Below, one piece after another: positions 58,160-64,000 of a DNA stretch of 64,000 bases. The stretch comes from Paraspadella gotoi (taxonomy: Eukaryota; Animalia; Chaetognatha), in contig CM119263.1 of the NCBI GenBank assembly GCA_051294375.1, positions 30,629,376-30,693,375 of the forward strand. The letters are read 5' to 3'. Each line of letters starts with the position of its first letter. The stretch's first letter is position 1. The position numbers and the translations under genes were made by a program. A model generated the notes under the pieces. That model saw nothing but the letters and a program-made list of their open reading frames with translations, did no database searches and was not told the DNA's origin.

Positions 58160-61085
58160 CAGACGCACACCGGGCTAGAACCCCGGACCTTTGGGTTGGG
58201 AGAAATGACTTGCCTCCGGCACCAATGGCCGCTGATGAACGGTTGGTGGATTTTAGTCCACCATACATGGAATAAAAACCCATTGTTTGTAAACAAATAA
58301 ACTTTGTTTTCTTTTAATTATGAATATCAATTTATTAATTGAATGGTTGAATGATCGATTGATCAAAAGACTTATTAATTAATAAATATTTTTTTAAATT
58401 TTATTAAAGTAAAGTATATCATCATTGAAGGATAGTTTTAGTTTGCCTTAATGTCTTTTCAAAGATTCATTCCTTCTGTTGTTCATTTTTTAAATGTTTT
58501 TCTAATAATTTTTTTATTTTAGTTTTTTTAATTTTTTCATTCATTCGGCTTTATTTATTTACTTCTTTGTTCGTTTTAAAAATTGAAAGAAAAATCTAAA
58601 AAAAGTAAAATAAGAAAGATCTTTTTTTATTTAGCAAAATAGAATATTATTGCATGTAAAAATTTGATTAGCAAAAAAATATATGTAGATGCATATTATA
58701 TTTCAAAATATTCTTTGATGTAAATGTATAAAATTAGCTGAAAGTAAAAACGAAAACAATTGGGAGAAAGTAAAAAAATTACCGGAAGGGCAGAAAAAAA
58801 TGATAATAGATTAGGAAAGAAAAAGATTAAAAGGGTTGAAAATAACAAAGAAAAAAAAGGGGAAAATATAAAACAGAGAGAGGGGCAAAAATAAAATGAG
58901 AAAGGGAGAGGAGAATAAGGAAAAAAAATTTTTTTCTTAAAAAATCAAAGTTTTCATAACAAAAAATAACAAAAATCATACTTGAAAATTAACCGAATTT
59001 AACCGTTAAAATAAATATATTAACGGTTAAGTTAAAATTATTTTTAACCGTTAATAACCGTTAACTGTTTACGGTTATTGGAACTCTAATCCCGACTCTA
59101 TAATTCACTTTGTCGGTCCGTCGGGCCGCCCCCTCAATATTGTCGGGCAATCACTTACATCATGTCAGAACATCAAATAATGATAAATTATGCAAAAAAA
59201 TGATTTCCGTCCGTCTGTCTGTCTGTCCGTCCGTCCCACCTTAGCAAAAAGCTCCAATAACTCGTGATTGGGTGGTTAGATTGGAATGAAATTTTGTGTG
59301 TGGGTAGGAAAGTGTGTGATGAAGTTGGATATAAAGTTTCGATGGAATCGTGCGAGTGGAAATGAGTTTAAATGGAAAAAACATAAGTAGCATTTACTAA
59401 AATATTTTTACTTATTTTAACCAATAATTACTCTAATTAATTATAATTGGATGAATAGATTGAGTTGAAATTTTGTGTGTGGGTAGGAAAGTTTGTGCCG
59501 AAGCTTGATATAAAGTTTTGATGGAAACGTGCGAGTGGAAATGAGTTTCAATGAAAAAATATGAGTCACATTTACTTCAATCTTTTTACTTGTTTTAATC
59601 CATAATTACTCGAATTAATTATAATTGAATTAATAGATTGAGATGAAATTTTGTGTGCGGGTAGGAAAGTATGTGAAGAAACTAGATATAAAGTTTTGAT
59701 GGAATCGTGCCAGTGGAAATGAGTTTAAATAGAAAAAAAAATTAAATTTACTTGAATCTTTATTATTTATGATTACTAATAAATGTTTTAATAAATAAAT
59801 TAATTAATTAATGTGAAAAAATGATGCAATTTAAAAAAAATTTGCAAGTTAAAAAAATTATGCAAATGAAAAAAAATGATGTAGGTTAAAAAAATGATGC
59901 AAGATAAAAAAATGATGCAAGTTGAAAAAATGATGCAAATTGTAAAAATGATTCAAATTGAAAAAATGATGTGAGTTGAAAAAATGATGTGAGTGGAAAA
60001 AAGTATTAGGAGTTGAAAAAATGATGCAAGTTATTTAAAAAAATATTGTGATTTATCATCTGATTAGCTGATTACCGCTTAATTATCGTAGGCAGATCCG
60101 ACATTGTTTGCTCAAACTTGTTATTTTTCAATTTTTGCATACGCTCTTATTTTTACATATTACTTACCATAAAAAAATGTTAAAATTTTCAAATGTTTTT
60201 TCTTATTTTTAAAAGCAGATTCGAATTCCTCATGAAAAGTTGATAAAAGGAAACTCTTAGTAAGCCTATTCCATTAAGTGGTCCCAAATTCCTAAAAAAA
60301 CTATTATTATTAACCTATAATTAAATTTTATTATATAAAAAATATAGTTTTTTAGTCGGATCTGCTTATCAGCAGATCCCGACTCTATAACTCACTTTGT
60401 CGGTCCGTCGTCCGCCCCCTCAATATTGTCCGGCACACACTTATACATGTCAGAACATCGAATTATGATAAATTATGCAAAAAAAAACGATGTCCGTCTG
60501 TCCGTCGTCGTCCGTCCGTCCGTCCGTCCGTCGTCCTCCGTCCCGTCCGTCCCACCTTAGCAAAAAACTCACAATTACTCGTGATTGGATGGATGGATTG
60601 GTATGAAATTTTGTGTGTGGGTAGGAAACAGTGTGATTGAGATGGATATGAAGTTTCGAGGGAAATCGTGCGAGTGAAATTGGTTTAAATGGAAAAAACA
60701 AAAAAAATATATTTCACTATTTCAACGCCAATTGCTCATGAGTGGATAAGGCAATTGACTTGAAATTTTGTATGATGGTAGGGAAGTGTGAGATTGAGCG
60801 GATATAAAGTTTCGATGGAATCGTGCGAGTTAAAATGGAAAAAAACAAAAGTCTATTACTTGAAGTATTTTTACTTAAATTTACTCATCAATTATTATGT
60901 TTATTAAAAATTGGATATGATGATCGAAATGAATTGTTGTGTGTGGGTAGGAAAGTATGTGATAAAGCTGGATATAAATTTTTTGATGGAATCGTAGGAG
61001 TGGAAAAGAGTTCAAATTAGAAAACCAAAAGACACATTTATTTGAATTTTTAAAGTTTCTCTCTCTCTATCTCTCTCGATGATTG

Positions 61086-61114
<29 letters not shown>

Positions 61115-61122
<8 letters not shown>

Positions 61123-61610
61123 CAAATTATGCCAATTGACAAAAATATGCCAGTTGACCAAATTCTTAAAGTTCAACCAAATTATGCCAGTTGACCAAAT
61201 TCTGCAAGTTGATCAAGTTCTGCAAGTTGACCAATTATGCCTGTTGACCAAATTATGCCTGTTGACCAAACATGCGTTGACCAATATGCCAGTTGACCAA
61301 ATATTATGCCAGTTGACCAAATTATGCCAGTTGACCAAAATTATGCTAGTTGACCAAATTAGGCAAGTTGAATACATTATTGCCATGGCAAATTATGCGT
61401 GATTGACCAAATTATCTTAATTGATTGCACAATTATGTCAGTTGACCAAATTATGTCAGTTGACCAAATTATGTCAGTTGACCCAAATTATGTCATTGAC
61501 CAAATTATGTCAGTTGACCAAATTATGTCAGTTGACCAAATTATGTCAGTTAACCAAATTATTCAGTTGACCAAATTTATGCATGATTAAAATTATGCAA
61601 GTTGAACAAG
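61115..61610. repeat. 18-bp minisatellite (GTTGACCAAATTATGCCA)
   Basis: About 25 degenerate tandem units; produces the repetitive ORFs 61118-61402 and 61399-61590. Confidence 0.9.
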
Positions 61611-62398
61611 TTAGCTTATTACCACTTAATTATCGATTGACCTGGAATTTTTTATGTGAGTAGAAAAGTGTGTGATTGAGACAGGAAACCAAGTTTCGAT
61701 GGAATCTTTTGAGTGGAAATGAGTTTAATGGAAAAAAACAAAAAACCTGTTTCACTAATTGATTATGATTCTTTTTCCTTTTATATTAAATGTATATGCA
61801 GGATGTATTATAAATCAAATAATTAATCAGTTATAAATCAATTAGCTAATAAATATCAATAATTAATTAATCAGTCAATCAATCCGTCCATCCGTCCCAC
61901 CTTAGCAAAAAGCTCCAATAACTCGTGATTGGCTGGTTGGATTGGAAAGAAATTTTTGTGTGTGGTAGGAAAGTGTGTGATAAGCTGGATATAAAGTTTT
62001 ATGGAATCGTGTGAGTTTAAAAGGAAAAAACATAAGTCGCATTTACAAATATTTTTAATTATTTTAACCAATAAGTACCTTAATATCATAATTGGGATGG
62101 ATAGATTGAGTTCAAAATTTTTGTGGTGGGTAGAAAAATTGTGTAACGATGCTTTGATATAAAGTTTCGGTGGAAACGTACGAGTGAAATGAGTTTAAAT
62201 GAAAAAAATATGAGTCACATTTACTTGAATCTTTTTACTTATTTAACCCATAATAGATTGAGATGAAATTTGTGAGCGGGTAGGAAAGTGTAGTGAGAGA
62301 AGAACTAGATATAAAGTTTTGACGGAATTGTGCCAGTGGAAATGAGTTTAATGGAAAAAACATAAGTTACATTTACTTGAATCTTTATTATTTATGAG

Positions 62399-62452
<54 letters not shown>

Positions 62453-63208
62453 AAGAGAGAGCAGAAAATGAGCATAGGATCGTCGCATTGAAAGAGAGAG
62501 AGAGAGCAGAAAAATGAGCATAAGGATCGTTGCAATTGCAAAGAGAGAGAGAGAGAGAGAGAGAGAAAGAAAGAAAGAGAGAGAGTCCGAAATAATGTCC
62601 GAAGTATTTACATTGTTAATCAACCAAATGTAGAAGAGCATTGAGGTGACAAACGGCATTGAACGGCATGATTGAACGACATGAAACGATAAACGGATGG
62701 ACGGATTGGAACGCTGTGGACTATAAAAGATAATATAAACGAATTAATAAAAACCTTAATATAAAATTAAATCAAGTAAAGAAACATTAAAACAAACCTG
62801 CTTCACGCTCGTAAAGCTTGAGAAACTACTAATATTAATTCTTACTTTCTCTCACACAAGGTAAGTTTCTCTCACTCAGATATAAGTAAACGTTTTAGGC
62901 AAAAAGAGACAACGATTTTTGGGAAAAAAAATTTTTTTTCCTTTTACTACTAAATCGATTTTCAATGTAACTTTTTTATTTAGTTCATTGGGTTGTTGCA
63001 CTGAAGCTTTTAAAATTTATTAATATATAATAATTATATAAAGTTTTGACGGAATTGTGCCAGTGGAAATGAGTTTAGATGGATAAAACATAAGTAACAT
63101 TTATTTGAATCTTTAATATTAATGATTACTAATAAATGTTTTAATTAATTATTAATTAATGTGAAAAAATGATGCAAGTTAAAAAAATCTTTAGATGTCG
63201 CAATTGAT

Positions 63209-63246
<38 letters not shown>

Positions 63247-63702
63247 GAGTGAGAGAGACAAGGAGACATAAAATAAAATAAGGATATTTTTGTTTTGATA
63301 AAATGTAAACCAAAACATCTTTAATAACTGTCCTAACCCAATTTTAAGGACATCGATGATGATAAGTTGAATATAAATTTAAAATATAATTATTACATAT
63401 TAAAATTATAATTAATTAATTAATCGATTAATTAATTAATTAATTATCGTAGGCAGATCCGACATTGTTTCTCAAACTTGTTTCTTAAGGATTAAGATTT
63501 AAAAATTCAAAGAGATTAAGAATTAAGGTTTAAAAATTCATAAACTTAGTATATAATAATGTGTGATAATGGTAATAAATAATAAACCAATAAAAACTAA
63601 TGTATAGTGACGCTACTAACTCAATTCAGTAGTCTATAGTAACTAATAATAGTAATAATAATAGTAATAATGATAATAATAGTTTTATACTAATAATCAT
63701 AG

Positions 63703-64000
63703 CATTTAAGTAAGTAGACAGGGATTTAAACATGAAACCAAAGTGGATATTTATTTCAATAAGAACAAGCGCAAGTCGGTGTCAGATTTGAGACAGAGTG
63801 AATCAAAGCAGAAACAGAGGCTATTTATAATGGGCAAGTAGACGAAGCCAGATTCCTCTTCCGGAATCCTCCTCTTCCTCTTCTGGAACCTTCTTTTCCT
63901 CTTCCGGAAACTATTGTTCCTTTTCTGGATTTGGCTTCCAAAATCCCGTTCGAAATCATTCCAGAATCTTCTTCCTCTTCCGGAATCCTCTTCCTTAATC
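63703..64000 (-). mobile_element. 3' end of an LTR related to the 34815-43926 element (runs off the window)
   Basis: CATTTAAGTAAGTAGACAGGGATTTAAACATGAAACCAAAGTGGAT is the reverse complement of the LTR end …ATCCATTTTGGTTTCATGTTGAAATCTCTGTCTACTTACTTAAATG. Confidence 0.7.

Larger units (their letters stand above)
57626..58267 (-). mobile_element. Twister-ribozyme LTR retrozyme/TRIM, family 1 (complete, two LTRs)
   Basis: On the minus strand: 5' LTR 58267-58034 (TGTATGG…CTCTTCA), PBS TGGTGAGCCCGAC (58032-58020), ~170-bp interior, PPT GGGAGGGGGA (57864-57855), 3' LTR 57854-57626. Each LTR holds a tRNA-like module and a twister. Confidence 0.85.
57089..59088. mobile_element. Non-autonomous hAT element (8-bp TSD ATCCCGAC) inserted in the stem-loop of a DINE-like element
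   Basis: TIRs TAGTGTTCC / GGAACTCTA; subterminal TTAACCGTTAA repeats at both ends; TSD at 57081-57088 and 59089-59096. Confidence 0.85.

Noticed and set aside
61115-61610. Regular short repeats resembling a CRISPR array or repeat protein
   Set aside because: Contiguous 18-bp units with no unique spacers, in a eukaryotic context without cas genes; it is a minisatellite.

Overview
AT-rich, intron- and repeat-rich animal genomic DNA with two 25-N scaffold gaps, each flanked by a ~2 kb near-identical overlap (probably an assembly/haplotype artefact). Host genes: (1) the last three exons of an srGAP-like gene (<1-2869, +); (2) an intronless MYND-finger gene with a frameshift (4562-6278, -); (3) a multi-exon gene joining a CD225/dispanin membrane anchor, ankyrin repeats and 8 EGF modules (9577->15229, +); (4) a very divergent cyclic-nucleotide-gated-channel-like gene with three tandem 6TM+CNBD modules (<18109-52003, +). 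One intron of gene 4 holds a decayed full-length Ty3/Gypsy element (34815-43926) with CAT...ATG LTR termini and a herpes-gB/chuvirus-G-like env. The main find is two related families of tiny non-coding LTR elements (53279-53875 and 57626-58267, plus solo LTRs). Their LTRs carry a tRNA-like Pol III module followed by a circularly permuted (type P5) twister ribozyme supported by covariation, and the elements have a tRNA-Trp PBS and a PPT, i.e. apparent twister-based LTR retrozymes. Also present: Penelope-type minimal hammerhead insertions with TSDs, nested hAT/mariner/Harbinger MITEs and Helentron/DINE-like repeats. All gene models and RNA folds were derived by eye and need computational confirmation.
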